Source of the DNA: Escherichia coli
Lineage (GTDB): Bacteria; Pseudomonadota; Gammaproteobacteria; Enterobacterales; Enterobacteriaceae
Assembly: GCF_017348835.2 (NCBI RefSeq)
Contig: NZ_CP071375.1
Direction: 5' to 3' (one strand)
Length of the DNA: 64,000 bases
A program made the position numbers and the translations under genes. The notes below the pieces were generated by a model, which did no database searches, was not told where the DNA came from, and saw only the letters and a program-made list of their open reading frames with translations. This document shows, piece after piece, positions 1 to 11,023 of the stretch. Every line of letters begins with the position of its first letter. The first letter of the stretch is position 1.

Positions 1-92
1 GTCACCGCGATTTATGCACGGCTTGAATGTATTGCTGATGTTAACTCAGGATGAAGCCAGGTAGATAGCGTAAGATGTGATTCACGATGGTA

Positions 93-491
93 TTAAACAA
101 ATGCTTTAGCAAAGGAAGGGTCAAATGGTCCCTCTTTCACCTCCATCATGAGAGCACGAGGAGACAAGCATTTGACACTGTGTATGTCTCCCGGAGAAAA
201 CTCCACAATGTTAATTTCTGTATTTTCTCCGACAATAAATTGCTTAACGACTTCTCCATCTTTGCCATGCAAACAAACCTGAAGCTGGCCCTGCATGACG
301 ATAAACATTTCCCACTGATGAGGAAGTTCATGGAAATGAGGTTCTACATAGCTACTACTGACCAGGGCAATGAGTAGTCGTTGCACCTTATCCTGATGCG
401 AACTATGCATCAAAAGATGGGAACGCAGGCGCTCGGATTGCTCTGCTTGTTCGTATAATGCCTCAAGCTGGTCATTATCAATTAATCGCAT
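93..491 (-). CDS. wbuC: WbuC-like small cupin-type protein, the usual companion of wbuB in L-FucNAc O-antigen clusters
   Basis: 132-aa ORF at the distal end of the O-antigen operon, directly downstream of and overlapping the wbuB-like gene; assigned by recognition and synteny. Confidence 0.65.
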   Translation of the reverse strand: MRLIDNDQLEALYEQAEQSERLRSHLLMHSSHQDKVQRLLIALVSSSYVEPHFHELPHQWEMFIVMQGQLQVCLHGKDGEVVKQFIVGENTEINIVEFSPGDIHSVKCLSPRALMMEVKEGPFDPSFAKAFV

Positions 492-1692
492 TGCATGCCT
501 CCAGCCTCATTTCTATCGTCCGCGCCGCAGACTCAACGGAGAACTGCTCTTTTAACAACTTGTTCGCGCCCAGACCAAATCGCTGGCGCGCATCAATGTC
601 ATAAAGCATTAACAGCGCAGAATGGTAAAGCTTGTCATCCTCTCCATTGATATGGATTAATCCTGCGTTATTTTGATTGACGATGTCGAGCAGATCATTT
701 CCAGCATTCACGCTACCTAATATAGGTAGAGACTGAACCATGTAACCTAACAACTTACCCGGAAAATTGTGAGAAGAGTGTTTGGCAGAAAGAGAAAACA
801 GGCCTATATCCATTTCCGATAAGATGAACTTAAATTCTTCCTGATTCACCGAAGCCAGATACGTGAAATTCGACAATGCCCACTCAGTAGCCAGAGAGTT
901 AATTAATTCCACTTCATCACCCTGGCCAATGAACAGGAAATGAGCTTGTGGATGCTCTGCCATACTTCGGGCAAGACGCATAAGATTTGCCATATCCTGT
1001 GCATGCCCGATATTTCCTCCATAGAAGAAAATCACTTTATCCTCTAGACCGAGGCGCTTACGCAGTGGCACATATTCTGGGGATAATACCGTCGGCGTGA
1101 GAGATGCCCAGTTACGTAGAACTTCGCAAGGATAGCCCTTGTTTGTCACCCGAAAAACATCAAGGTTTTTATCAGACATGAGTCCAATACGGTTTGCCTG
1201 ACGATAAGATGATCTTTCAAAGAGACGAAAATAACGTTCAATTGGGGATCCCTCTTTTAGCATTCCAGCATCAATTACCCATTGAGGAAACATATCTCTC
1301 AATATTAAATAAGCCGGACATTGGCAGCGGGCTTTAATCTTCTTAACTAAATGCCCCCAAAAAATAGACGGTGAGTAATAAACCACACCATCGAAAGTTT
1401 CTTCTTCTATCCGGCTTTTAATAGATTTCCAGGCCCGCCAAGACAAAAGTGTTTCATTGATGGCTCGCTGAACTTTACTTACATCCTTGAGCGGACCACT
1501 TTTAAAACGCCATGTTTTGACACCCTGAAAGCTGTCAAACGACACCTCTTCTTGCAGGCTTGTATCAGGAGTAATTACCGTAACATCATGGCCACGGCGA
1601 ATAAATTCCTGAGCTAACTCATGAAACATTTTTGCACCAACACGGGTACTATTGGGCAGGTAATCATCTATGATTAAAGCAAGTTTCATCAA
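478..1692 (-). CDS. wbuB: GT4-family glycosyltransferase, WbuB-like (L-FucNAc transferase)
   Basis: 404-aa ORF immediately downstream of fnlABC, the conserved position of wbuB in FucNAc-containing O-antigen clusters; start overlaps fnlC stop. Confidence 0.75.
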   Translation of the reverse strand: MMKLALIIDDYLPNSTRVGAKMFHELAQEFIRRGHDVTVITPDTSLQEEVSFDSFQGVKTWRFKSGPLKDVSKVQRAINETLLSWRAWKSIKSRIEEETFDGVVYYSPSIFWGHLVKKIKARCQCPAYLILRDMFPQWVIDAGMLKEGSPIERYFRLFERSSYRQANRIGLMSDKNLDVFRVTNKGYPCEVLRNWASLTPTVLSPEYVPLRKRLGLEDKVIFFYGGNIGHAQDMANLMRLARSMAEHPQAHFLFIGQGDEVELINSLATEWALSNFTYLASVNQEEFKFILSEMDIGLFSLSAKHSSHNFPGKLLGYMVQSLPILGSVNAGNDLLDIVNQNNAGLIHINGEDDKLYHSALLMLYDIDARQRFGLGANKLLKEQFSVESAARTIEMRLEACNAIN

Positions 1693-2819
1693 TATTCTTT
1701 CCAGACGACTCTCTTGACGTAATCTGTATAAGAGTGAACGATTCTGACGACCTTATCCGACACATTTGGCATACTGTAATCACTAACCTGCCGTAAGAGA
1801 CGGGTCTCCCCGCGAGGTTGTGTCGACAAAATTTCAAGCGCCTGAAGCACGCGTTCACACTCCAGTCCCACCATCATGACGGATGCTTCCTCAAAGCCCT
1901 CCGGACGTTCATGTGCTTCCCGGATGTTTACAGCAGGAAAATTCATGATGGATGACTCTTCAGTAATTGTGCCGCTGTCTGACAACACAGCACGTGAATT
2001 CTTTTGCAGGTGATTGTAATCATGGAAACCTAACGGTTTCAGCAGATTAATATTTGGGTGGAATTCAATCCCTTGCTCATTAATACGATTACGCGTCCGC
2101 GGATGTGTGGATACAATGACTGGCAGATCATATTTTTCGGCAATGGTATTTAGAATGGTCGCAAGCTTGATGAGTTGCTTCGGAGAATCGACATTCTCTT
2201 CACGGTGTGCGCTAACGACAAAGAATTCACCAGGGCGCAAATTTAGACGTGACAACACATCCGAACCATCAATTTGAGGCATATAGTACGAAAGCACTTC
2301 AAACATAGGGCTGCCGGTTTTAATGATCCGATCCGCCGGGATACCTTCAGCCAGGAGATATTCACGCGCAATATCGCTGTAGGTCATATTGATGTCAGCC
2401 GTATGATCAACAATTCGTCGGTTAGTTTCTTCAGGTACACGCTGATCGAAACAACGGTTGCCAGCTTCCATATGGAAGATAGGCACTTTACGACGCTTGG
2501 CAGGAATGGCAGAAATACATGAGTTGGTATCGCCCAGCACCAGCATTGCTTCAGGTTTTTCGGTTTCTAATACTTCATCAACTTTGATGATAACCTGACC
2601 AATGGTTTCCGCCGCATTTTTCCCTGCAGCGTTTAAGAAATAATCTGGCTTACGGACACCAAGATCGTTAAAGAATACTTCGTTCAACTCATAATCATAA
2701 TTTTGCCCAGTATGGACAAGAATATGCTCACAATGTTCGTCAAGTTTGACCAAAACACGTGATAAACGGATGATTTCAGGACGTGTCCCAACCACAGACA
2801 TAATTTTTAATTTTTTCAT
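1689..2819 (-). CDS. fnlC: UDP-N-acetylglucosamine 2-epimerase, non-hydrolysing (FnlC/Cap5G type)
   Basis: 376-aa ORF beginning [19 protein letters not shown], the typical N-terminus of non-hydrolysing UDP-GlcNAc 2-epimerases; follows fnlA-fnlB. Confidence 0.85.
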   Translation of the reverse strand: MKKLKIMSVVGTRPEIIRLSRVLVKLDEHCEHILVHTGQNYDYELNEVFFNDLGVRKPDYFLNAAGKNAAETIGQVIIKVDEVLETEKPEAMLVLGDTNSCISAIPAKRRKVPIFHMEAGNRCFDQRVPEETNRRIVDHTADINMTYSDIAREYLLAEGIPADRIIKTGSPMFEVLSYYMPQIDGSDVLSRLNLRPGEFFVVSAHREENVDSPKQLIKLATILNTIAEKYDLPVIVSTHPRTRNRINEQGIEFHPNINLLKPLGFHDYNHLQKNSRAVLSDSGTITEESSIMNFPAVNIREAHERPEGFEEASVMMVGLECERVLQALEILSTQPRGETRLLRQVSDYSMPNVSDKVVRIVHSYTDYVKRVVWKEY

Positions 2820-3922
2820 TACAGAGGTCTCGCAATAGTATCAGGCTCATCACGATTGAAAATTTCGTTTGCCCAGAGCATAACTATTAATTCATCATTG
2901 CCAACATTCGTGACGTCATGGGTCCAGCCGGGTACTGTTTCAACGATTTTGAACTCATCGGATGAAACATTCAGTTCATAACGTTCACCGGTAATCACAT
3001 GTTCGAATTTGAAGCACGCCTGTCCACGGATGACCAGGAACTTCTCATTTTTGGTGTGATGATAATGCCCACCACGCGTTATACCGGGATGCGCTGTGAA
3101 AAATGAAAACTGCCCCGCTGAAGGCGTTTTTAACATCTCACAAAAGATCCCGCGGGCATCACCATAGGACGGCACCGTATAAGCAAACTTTTCGGCTGGT
3201 AAGTAACTTAACCACGTCGAATATAGCGCTCGGGTCATTCCCGTCCCCACAGCTTCTGTGACAAGCGTAGAACGACTCTCCTTGAAACGATAAAGTAATT
3301 CCGCCACCTCACCAACTGTCGTTGAGTAAACCGGCACAACGCCTTTATATCCGCTATGAACCTCTCCTGTGAGAAGTTTTATCGCATGTGTGCAAACGTC
3401 ATCGATATAAACCAGATTAACCGGTGCCGAAGGGTCATTGATGGTTATGTCAATATTGTTGGCAATGTTATGGCAGAAGGTAGCCACGAACGAGTTATAG
3501 TTCGGTTTACACCATTTACCAAAAACATTTGGGTACCGATAGATATAATATGCTGCACCACTTTCTGCTGCATAACGCTCAATTTGTTTTTCAGCTGCAG
3601 CCTTACTCTGACCATACGCATTATCCAGTTCAGCCTGGATCGAAGAACTGATCATAATAGGTATGCTTTTGTTCTTCGCTAACAGAGAATCCACAATCTG
3701 CTGAGTAAAATTGCAATTCCCTTCGACAAACTCTTCGACATTTTTAGGTCGATTGATACCCGCAAGGTGATAAATGAAATCCGCATCTTGCAGGCCAATT
3801 TCAAGCTCGGCCGCACTTGAGTCACGGTCAATCTTAACAAGGTCAACATACCCTGCTTCCTGAAGGCGTAAGCACAAGTTACGTCCGATAAAGCCATCAG
3901 CTCCAGTAATCAGGATTTTCAT
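2819..3922 (-). CDS. fnlB: FnlB/Cap5F-type reductase of the UDP-L-FucNAc pathway
   Basis: Rossmann N-terminus [16 protein letters not shown]. The ORF track starts 11 codons upstream (3955); the internal ATG at 3920-3922 lies 1 nt after the fnlA stop and is the likelier start. Confidence 0.8.
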   Translation of the reverse strand: MKILITGADGFIGRNLCLRLQEAGYVDLVKIDRDSSAAELEIGLQDADFIYHLAGINRPKNVEEFVEGNCNFTQQIVDSLLAKNKSIPIMISSSIQAELDNAYGQSKAAAEKQIERYAAESGAAYYIYRYPNVFGKWCKPNYNSFVATFCHNIANNIDITINDPSAPVNLVYIDDVCTHAIKLLTGEVHSGYKGVVPVYSTTVGEVAELLYRFKESRSTLVTEAVGTGMTRALYSTWLSYLPAEKFAYTVPSYGDARGIFCEMLKTPSAGQFSFFTAHPGITRGGHYHHTKNEKFLVIRGQACFKFEHVITGERYELNVSSDEFKIVETVPGWTHDVTNVGNDELIVMLWANEIFNRDEPDTIARPL

Positions 3923-3923
3923 G

Positions 3924-4958
3924 TCAGGCGTCCAGATCGTAATTTTCACCAGCACGCAGTGCGCGAATAAACGGCAACTTAAGAAGCAGCGTTTTCATCC
4001 CTTCTACATCCAGTCGCTGTGTATTATGGGAGTTATAATCTTCAACAACGGAGATACGGCTGTCACCTTGTTCTACATATTTTCCGTAGTTAAGGTCACG
4101 CAAATCAGGTGGTACGCGATAGTAATCACCCATATCGATGGCCGCAATCATCTCTTCACGGCTCAGCAGCGCTTCATAGAGCTTTTCTCCATGGCGGGTA
4201 CCAATGACATTGACAGGATGGTGCTCGACATTCAGAAGCTCTTTCAGAGCAATTGCTAATGTTTCAATCGTAGCTGCAGGCGCTTTTTGTACAAAAATGT
4301 CGCCATTATTACCGTGCTCAAATGCATAAAGCACCAGATCGACAGCATCCTCAAGGGTCATCATGAAACGAGTCATGTTTGGATCAGTGACAGTCAGCGC
4401 TTTACCTGCTTTGATCAGATCAACAAACAGCGGAATCACCGAACCACGAGATGCCATAACGTTGCCATAGCGAGTACCACAAATCACCGTTTTATTGCTG
4501 TTTACATTTCGGGATTTAGCGACCATGACTTTCTCCATCATCGCCTTAGAGATACCCATGGCATTGATTGGATAAACCGCTTTATCAGTACTTAAACACA
4601 CAACGCGTTTTACTTCGTTTGCAATTGCAGCTTCGAGAACGTTTTCGGTGCCGAGCACGTTAGTCTTAACCGCTTCCATTGGATGGAATTCACATGATGG
4701 CACTTGTTTAAGGGCGGCAGCATGGTAGATAAAATCAACGCCACGGCTGGCATTGAGTACACTGCGATAATCCCTGACATCGCCTATGTAAAACTTAAGC
4801 TTCTCACTATTGTATTTCTTGCGCATATCATCTTGCTTTTTTTCATCGCGCGAGAAAATGCGAATTTCTTTAATATCAGTTTCCAGAAAACGATTTAAAA
4901 CTGCATTTCCAAAGGAACCTGTTCCGCCTGTAATCAAAAGCACTTTATCTGAAAACAT
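3924..4958 (-). CDS. fnlA: UDP-GlcNAc 4,6-dehydratase/5-epimerase (FnlA/CapE type)
   Basis: 344-aa ORF with LLITGGTGSFG N-terminus and extended SDR fold, as in FnlA/CapE/WbjB; first gene of the fnlABC triplet. Confidence 0.85.
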   Translation of the reverse strand: MFSDKVLLITGGTGSFGNAVLNRFLETDIKEIRIFSRDEKKQDDMRKKYNSEKLKFYIGDVRDYRSVLNASRGVDFIYHAAALKQVPSCEFHPMEAVKTNVLGTENVLEAAIANEVKRVVCLSTDKAVYPINAMGISKAMMEKVMVAKSRNVNSNKTVICGTRYGNVMASRGSVIPLFVDLIKAGKALTVTDPNMTRFMMTLEDAVDLVLYAFEHGNNGDIFVQKAPAATIETLAIALKELLNVEHHPVNVIGTRHGEKLYEALLSREEMIAAIDMGDYYRVPPDLRDLNYGKYVEQGDSRISVVEDYNSHNTQRLDVEGMKTLLLKLPFIRALRAGENYDLDA

Positions 4959-4978
4959 TTAATACCTCTTAAGAAATC

Positions 4979-6082
4979 TTATAACTTATCAATGCTGCGC
5001 ATGTACATTAAGGCCCTTTCTTTAGCCGTTGGAAGCTTGCTAAAAATTAAGTCGGCCTTTTCTTGCTTTATCACTTTATCGTGTACGCCTTCAACTCCAG
5101 AAATGATTTTGTCACAAATATCATTGGCATCATAAGGATCAAAATATATTGCGCTGTCGTCACACACTGTATGAGCAAATGGTAGATCAGACGTGAAGAT
5201 CATTTTTTTGAAATACATGGCTTCTACATAACTGGCACTGAAACACTCCAGTAACGTTGGCAAAAATAGTGCATCACAATAATGATATAATGCTGGACAT
5301 TGATTAATGGAAACTGGCCCAACATTAATTACACGATGGCTATACCGTTCGGGAATATCCGCCATCGAAGAACTTAACGTAACAATGAACTTGTAATTAT
5401 CTGGCAATAACTCAATTAGCTTGGGTATCACGGTTAGGTTTTTGTGAGGATAATCATGTGAAATTGTCAGAAGGTAAATGTCCCCCACATTCCTCTCCGG
5501 TAAATCGTCTAAGATACTATTATCGTATAAATCCTCATTCTGCAAAATCGCATTGATTGTATTAGGAACAGTGACGACATGACTGTCCTTAAAATGATAT
5601 TGTTCCACAAGTTTATTTTTAGCATCATCAGTTTCAACAAATATAAGATCTGCATTTTTTTTATAAAAATAAGGTTGTAGGCGCAGTAAAAGTATCTTTT
5701 TTACCTTTTCACAAAAACTTAACTTCGGAAATACTTGGCTCACATCATAAATCAGCCATGGCAACGCGAATCCAACGGCATGCTTAACATTCTTCGGGCT
5801 CCAGTAACTTGGGCCAAATATCGTAAAGACTTTCGTAATTTTATTTTCAGCAACGAGCTGATCTAAATCTCGTCTTGATTCAACATTGAACACATTTGAT
5901 GGTGTTTTTCTGATAATTTTGCATCTTGATAGTGTTTCTCCTGAGAGTTGTTTCGCAACTACAGGTGAAACTGCTGCAATGAAATGTTGCCCACCTTTAG
6001 TTAACTCTTCTAATACAGATACAGCAACCTGAACACCACCACCCACATACAGATTAGATGCATTAATCAGCAAACTCATCAA
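4979..6082 (-). CDS. Glycosyltransferase, GT1/GT4-like (specificity unknown, possibly a hexose transferase)
   Basis: 367-aa ORF between wzy and fnlA in the O-antigen operon; AT-rich; assigned by position and general resemblance to GT-B glycosyltransferases. Confidence 0.6.
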   Translation of the reverse strand: MMSLLINASNLYVGGGVQVAVSVLEELTKGGQHFIAAVSPVVAKQLSGETLSRCKIIRKTPSNVFNVESRRDLDQLVAENKITKVFTIFGPSYWSPKNVKHAVGFALPWLIYDVSQVFPKLSFCEKVKKILLLRLQPYFYKKNADLIFVETDDAKNKLVEQYHFKDSHVVTVPNTINAILQNEDLYDNSILDDLPERNVGDIYLLTISHDYPHKNLTVIPKLIELLPDNYKFIVTLSSSMADIPERYSHRVINVGPVSINQCPALYHYCDALFLPTLLECFSASYVEAMYFKKMIFTSDLPFAHTVCDDSAIYFDPYDANDICDKIISGVEGVHDKVIKQEKADLIFSKLPTAKERALMYMRSIDKL

Positions 6083-6129
6083 TATCTTCCCTTATTTTAA
6101 CTGCTATAGACATCTTCGTCGAAAAAGGA

Positions 6130-7443
6130 TTATTTTTTAGGTGTATTTTCTATCCTTCGAGGCTCGACTTTTCTAATGAGCAGCAAAAGGAACAACACAA
6201 TTAAGTATGGAATGATTAAGACAAATTCCCCAAAGAAATAGTTTCCAAACAGCATAAACACGATCGCTTTCATAAAACACGCCTGTAACAGACAATATTT
6301 AATATTGCTGGATGTTTTATTGTAGATAATTTGAAGCAATAAGCCAATAATAAATGAATAGAGTATTACACCAGCTAATCCTAGATCATTATAGAAATAG
6401 TATATAAATGTTTTTGCATTGAAAAAACCAACCTCATAGTCAGTGAACCCCATGGAGTTACTATCGTAATAGGTACCAAAGAACGGCTTAAGAATAAACT
6501 TAAGACCACCCCATATATATGTGGGTTCGAATGATGAGTTAATTAATAAATTCAGATTCTGAAAATTCATTGCAACATAGGTGTAAATCTGGCTAAAAAG
6601 CGAATTTGCCATCCCATCACCAAATTGAGTAGAGGCGCGACTTGTTTCTGAAATCCGCATTGCACCGATATACAAAAGCAATGCCATCGGTAGCATAACC
6701 ATCATTAGTTGTTTGAACCCTAGCGTAATTTTACGTGGAATCAGAAAAATATAGATGGCACCTAACATGAATACTAAAAATTCTCCCCTTGATACCTCAT
6801 AAACCAATGCAACTACAATACTGAAAAAAACATAGGATAGAAGGAAATACTTTCTCACACGCCCTTGTCGATATGAGTACTTAAGTTCAAATAGAGCAGC
6901 AAGTGCTATGTAAGGCATTGATACATCTATGAAATTCAACAACGGAGGCGCATTTGGAACTAATGATTTTAAATCACTTCCTGCACCAGACAGAAGTGGT
7001 GGATTAGTGAGCATCACTCCAAAGCGCATAAAGAAAGCAACGACTGATAAAGCTACAATAAAATTAAAAAATACGCGATAAAATAAGTTAAAGTCAAAAC
7101 GCTGAAAACTAAAATTATTTTTATCTATCTTTTTTGAAAATACAAATGGGGCAACAAAGAAAACACCAGCAAGTAAAATAGCACTTAGTGTTTCCAGACT
7201 TAATTCTGATTGCAATTGATGGTCATACAGAATATCAACCGTAGACAGGGAAGCTGAGAAGTACCAAAAAACAATACCAATTCCAAGAGGATGAATAATA
7301 TCTTTTGTTTTTAAAACAATTAAAGAATATAAGACCAAAGCTATTATAAAGAATGCAATTGAGATCATAATGGGCTCTACCGCGAATTTACTTATTATTA
7401 TACGCGAGATGCTTTGCGCGCGAAATGAAATAACAATAACCAA
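6130..7443 (-). CDS. wzy: O-antigen polymerase Wzy (polytopic membrane protein)
   Basis: Very hydrophobic 437-aa ORF with many predicted TM segments, adjacent to wzx. The ORF-track start overlaps wzx by 56 nt; the true start may be the internal Met near 7368. Confidence 0.6.
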   Translation of the reverse strand: MVIVISFRAQSISRIIISKFAVEPIMISIAFFIIALVLYSLIVLKTKDIIHPLGIGIVFWYFSASLSTVDILYDHQLQSELSLETLSAILLAGVFFVAPFVFSKKIDKNNFSFQRFDFNLFYRVFFNFIVALSVVAFFMRFGVMLTNPPLLSGAGSDLKSLVPNAPPLLNFIDVSMPYIALAALFELKYSYRQGRVRKYFLLSYVFFSIVVALVYEVSRGEFLVFMLGAIYIFLIPRKITLGFKQLMMVMLPMALLLYIGAMRISETSRASTQFGDGMANSLFSQIYTYVAMNFQNLNLLINSSFEPTYIWGGLKFILKPFFGTYYDSNSMGFTDYEVGFFNAKTFIYYFYNDLGLAGVILYSFIIGLLLQIIYNKTSSNIKYCLLQACFMKAIVFMLFGNYFFGEFVLIIPYLIVLFLLLLIRKVEPRRIENTPKK

Positions 7444-8590
7444 GTAACACTAACCATCCTGTAGCCAATTTTCCATATAGATAGTCTTCTAGCTCAAATT
7501 TCACATTGGCGAATACTGGGATGCAATAATATGACATCAAAATGAGACAAACAACACCACTGACACACACCATTTGTTTGCGCAAATCTAATCCATTCAT
7601 TACATGGTAATATATTGCAGTAAATGCAAAGGGGATAACAGCAAGTGTTGCCATATGTAATTCAGAAACGAGGTTTCCATACTTAGTGAAATTTTCTATA
7701 AAAAATTTCATAACAACGTTTGCAATAATTACGCCCGACAATGTTACTACAAGCATAATAAGACTCTCTTTAACAAACAAACGCTTACCACTTTGACTAC
7801 ACTGCCTAATAACTTTGACAAAAAGCAACTCCGCACAGGTCGAGGGAATTATCATTAGGGCACTAAATGCGAATATGATAACGCTATAATTACCTAGTTG
7901 CTCACGACCACCGGAATCATCAATAAAAAAACGGTCCATGACAAGATATAAAAAGGTAAATATTGCATTAAGGAATAACAAAGCCGATGGTTTAAACAAG
8001 AACTTTAATCTTGTTAACAACAACTTAGGGATCAGGAACTTTTTTAGTCCCTTTTCCACTCTATACAGTCTTATAATAGCTAAAGCATAGCAACCTAAAC
8101 TCGAGTAAATATAAACATCAAAATTGTGCGTTATGATATACAACACTAGTGGAATAAGCACAGGAAAGAACTGTGAATATAAAACTAGCCAAAGCATTTC
8201 ATCAATCCGGTTTGTCGCCCGATAGTATGCTTTAATAATATTACTTATCGATATAAATACTCCACACAAGGTGAGTATAATAACTGTCAAATTAGAATGG
8301 TTAAAAAATAAAGCCACCAACAAAATTGTTAACGCCCCAATAATATTCGTTAACAATACAGTTGTAACTAATAATTTTTTTTCTCTTTCCTTTTTTAGTG
8401 GAATAAATCGATCTAAGGAAAATCGTGCACCAAAGTGTGAGTAGTCCACAAATTGCTGCCAGGTTCTAGCAAGAGTAAGATCACCTAGCTGAGCTGTTGT
8501 GAGATATTTCATCATGACTAGACTAAGGAATATATTGAGAAATTGAATAGCATAATTTATCAATATATATATTAACCCTTTTTTAATCAT
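7388..8590 (-). CDS. wzx: O-antigen flippase Wzx (MOP/PST family)
   Basis: 400-aa multi-TM ORF with a Wzx-like N-terminus (MIKKGLIYILINYAIQFLN...); very AT-rich, typical of wzx. Confidence 0.65.
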   Translation of the reverse strand: MIKKGLIYILINYAIQFLNIFLSLVMMKYLTTAQLGDLTLARTWQQFVDYSHFGARFSLDRFIPLKKEREKKLLVTTVLLTNIIGALTILLVALFFNHSNLTVIILTLCGVFISISNIIKAYYRATNRIDEMLWLVLYSQFFPVLIPLVLYIITHNFDVYIYSSLGCYALAIIRLYRVEKGLKKFLIPKLLLTRLKFLFKPSALLFLNAIFTFLYLVMDRFFIDDSGGREQLGNYSVIIFAFSALMIIPSTCAELLFVKVIRQCSQSGKRLFVKESLIMLVVTLSGVIIANVVMKFFIENFTKYGNLVSELHMATLAVIPFAFTAIYYHVMNGLDLRKQMVCVSGVVCLILMSYYCIPVFANVKFELEDYLYGKLATGWLVLLGYCYFISRAKHLAYNNK

Positions 8591-10172
8591 GGTTTTTCAC
8601 CACGTCCTGAATTACCTCTTCATAAAAGCCATCACGCATAGGTATATTATTTTCGATATTAGCGATAATTTCTTGATATTTACTCAGGTAGACATCATTA
8701 TAATTTTCATGTGGCATGATGTGTTGCTTAGGTAAAATATCAGAATGTCTCCGGCTCAACGATACCATATAAAGCAATACTAATGCCCGTTTACGAACTT
8801 CATCATCCAGTTTTGCTAACCCCGAGATCGAATCTAAAATATTGTAATAAGATTGAACAGATTCAGGTTCAAGGGTAATACCAAAACCGGCATAGTATCC
8901 TTTTCCAGCAGTTACTGCAGGAATCCCAAGGCATGAAAATTCCAGTCCTGCCGTCCCTTTTGCCGTAACAATGCTGTCTGCAAAATCTGCAATAGAATTA
9001 GTATTCAAATCAACCGGCATCATATAAATATTATCCAGTTGATTAGCCTCAATTAAGCTCTCAACTCCTCCCTTTTCATTCCACATGTACGAACTTGGAT
9101 GAGCTTTTACAAAACAGTTAATATTTCGATTTTTATTGAGGCGAATTAGCGTTTTTTCCAAGAAATCATAATAGTCATTAAATAGTAACCCCTCACCAAC
9201 ATGAGGTGAGTCAGAGAACGCATGTGACATGACAACAACATTTTTTTTACGAATATCAACTTTAGGGTAAATAGATTTTAACTGTTCAATACTATATTTT
9301 TTCTTATTTTGATAAGCATTTTTTACATCTATTTGATCAACGTTACCTTCTAATCTGTCATAGAAATATTTATACGCTCTGTCAACAAAATCAATTGCAT
9401 GAAGGTTCTGCAAAAATGCTTCTTGCGTTGGTTTCAGGAAGTGTTCTTTAATATTTATTGCAGGTCCATAACATTTATAGGCATATATATCTTTAAGGAA
9501 TACTATGCCGTTATTGTGATGTCTAATTTGACGAGGCAACATGCCAAATTCAGCATAGACATTATGGCTAGTTACAAGATATTTCGGATTATATTTTTCC
9601 AACATTAACTCATTGTTATGAAATGTTAGAAATGATCTGAATATCAATCTTAAATGTTTAACCTCAATTTTTTTAACAGTATATTCGTTAGGTCTGAATC
9701 GAATGAGAGTATCGTAAATGAGATCACCAATCTCAACGCCGCGATAGTTTAGATTGATCAAAGATTTTGCAGACCTCGATCCTAACATGGTTTTAAGTGT
9801 TGCAATGACAGCGGGTACAAACACCTTAGGATGGAAGAATCCACGCCACCAGCAATAAAAATGATTAATATTGAAAGAATTATAAATATGACTGACATTG
9901 CTACCTGTAATATTAAAGCCTCGAATATATACAACAGGTTGGACTCCTGTTTCTTGCTGTATTGCTTTTGCTATTCTTGCCTTATCCATAATACTTGCAG
10001 GACATGCAATGATACCCTCAACCAGACAATATTCTTTTTTTCTATTAGTTTGAATTCTAGTTGATTTCTCTGACTTCCATAACCCGCTGTTCAATTCTAC
10101 AAACTTATTTTCAATTTCATCTCGCTGATAGGGTTTGAGATAGCGAAGTATCGTTTTTATTTTTGATAACAT
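8583..10172 (-). CDS. Uncharacterised 529-aa protein; candidate nonulosonic-acid (legionaminic acid) transferase
   Basis: Long soluble ORF between the nonulosonic-acid biosynthesis genes and wzx, with no counterpart I recognise. The cluster otherwise lacks an enzyme to transfer the CMP-activated sugar. Function inferred from context only. Confidence 0.45.
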   Translation of the reverse strand: MLSKIKTILRYLKPYQRDEIENKFVELNSGLWKSEKSTRIQTNRKKEYCLVEGIIACPASIMDKARIAKAIQQETGVQPVVYIRGFNITGSNVSHIYNSFNINHFYCWWRGFFHPKVFVPAVIATLKTMLGSRSAKSLINLNYRGVEIGDLIYDTLIRFRPNEYTVKKIEVKHLRLIFRSFLTFHNNELMLEKYNPKYLVTSHNVYAEFGMLPRQIRHHNNGIVFLKDIYAYKCYGPAINIKEHFLKPTQEAFLQNLHAIDFVDRAYKYFYDRLEGNVDQIDVKNAYQNKKKYSIEQLKSIYPKVDIRKKNVVVMSHAFSDSPHVGEGLLFNDYYDFLEKTLIRLNKNRNINCFVKAHPSSYMWNEKGGVESLIEANQLDNIYMMPVDLNTNSIADFADSIVTAKGTAGLEFSCLGIPAVTAGKGYYAGFGITLEPESVQSYYNILDSISGLAKLDDEVRKRALVLLYMVSLSRRHSDILPKQHIMPHENYNDVYLSKYQEIIANIENNIPMRDGFYEEVIQDVVKNHD

Positions 10173-10257
10173 TAAATTTAACTACCTCTTCATTTCCAAA
10201 ATGCAAATGTAAAAATCAACATTTCAAACTTAATATTCATTCAATAAATGATAAAAA

Positions 10258-11022
10258 CTAAAGTGAGAAACCATCATCAACGATAATGTTCTGACCTGTA
10301 ACATATCTTGATTGATCTGACAGCAAGAAAACAATGGATCCCGTCATTTCATTAACATCCAGCATTCCAGTTCCATGAGTGTTTTTTCTATATGCCTCAC
10401 AAAATTCAGCTGGTTGGTTGTCAAAAATTCCACCGGGGCTTACTGAATTAATGCGGAAGTCACTATTATTGACATACGCTACAATATACTTATTCAAATG
10501 TAATAATGCTGACTTGATTGCCGCATATTCTACAGGCATTGTCATTTGAGTATTGTCATAAATATTGAATTTAGGAGCAATTACACCGTAAATGGATGAT
10601 ATATTAACCATCGAAACTGGCTTTTTTTGTCGCATAAAAAACTGTGCAGCTTGTTGGCTAATCAGGAAGGAGCTACCCAAGTGAAGCGATAAGTTTTCAT
10701 TGAAGCTGGCAAGCGTTACATCGAATAACTTACGACCATACGTTTTATTCCTGGGATAGGTTGCATTGACAATTCCATCAATGTCCTCAAGGCTGTTAAA
10801 AAAATCAGTGACAGATTGTTCATTGGTGACATCAACCTCAGCGTAGGTTATGTTCATGCCAGATGTTGCTACACCTTGTGCACTTAATTTATTCTTTATA
10901 TGGTTTATATCAAGATCGACAGCAATAACCTTTGAACCATTTGCAAGGCATGCCTTCGTCAGGCATGCGCCAAGCAGACCACCAGAACCAAAAATGACAA
11001 TATTTTTATTTTCCAGTATCAT
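10258..11022 (-). CDS. ptmA: Short-chain dehydrogenase/reductase, PtmA-like
   Basis: 254-aa ORF with SDR N-terminal glycine-rich motif (IVIFGSGGLLG); last gene of the legionaminic-acid-type block. Confidence 0.65.
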   Translation of the reverse strand: MILENKNIVIFGSGGLLGACLTKACLANGSKVIAVDLDINHIKNKLSAQGVATSGMNITYAEVDVTNEQSVTDFFNSLEDIDGIVNATYPRNKTYGRKLFDVTLASFNENLSLHLGSSFLISQQAAQFFMRQKKPVSMVNISSIYGVIAPKFNIYDNTQMTMPVEYAAIKSALLHLNKYIVAYVNNSDFRINSVSPGGIFDNQPAEFCEAYRKNTHGTGMLDVNEMTGSIVFLLSDQSRYVTGQNIIVDDGFSL

Positions 11023-11023
11023 T

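Noticed and set aside
87-377. 96-aa plus-strand ORF at the window start
   Set aside because: Antisense to the wbuC-like gene; more likely a shadow ORF.
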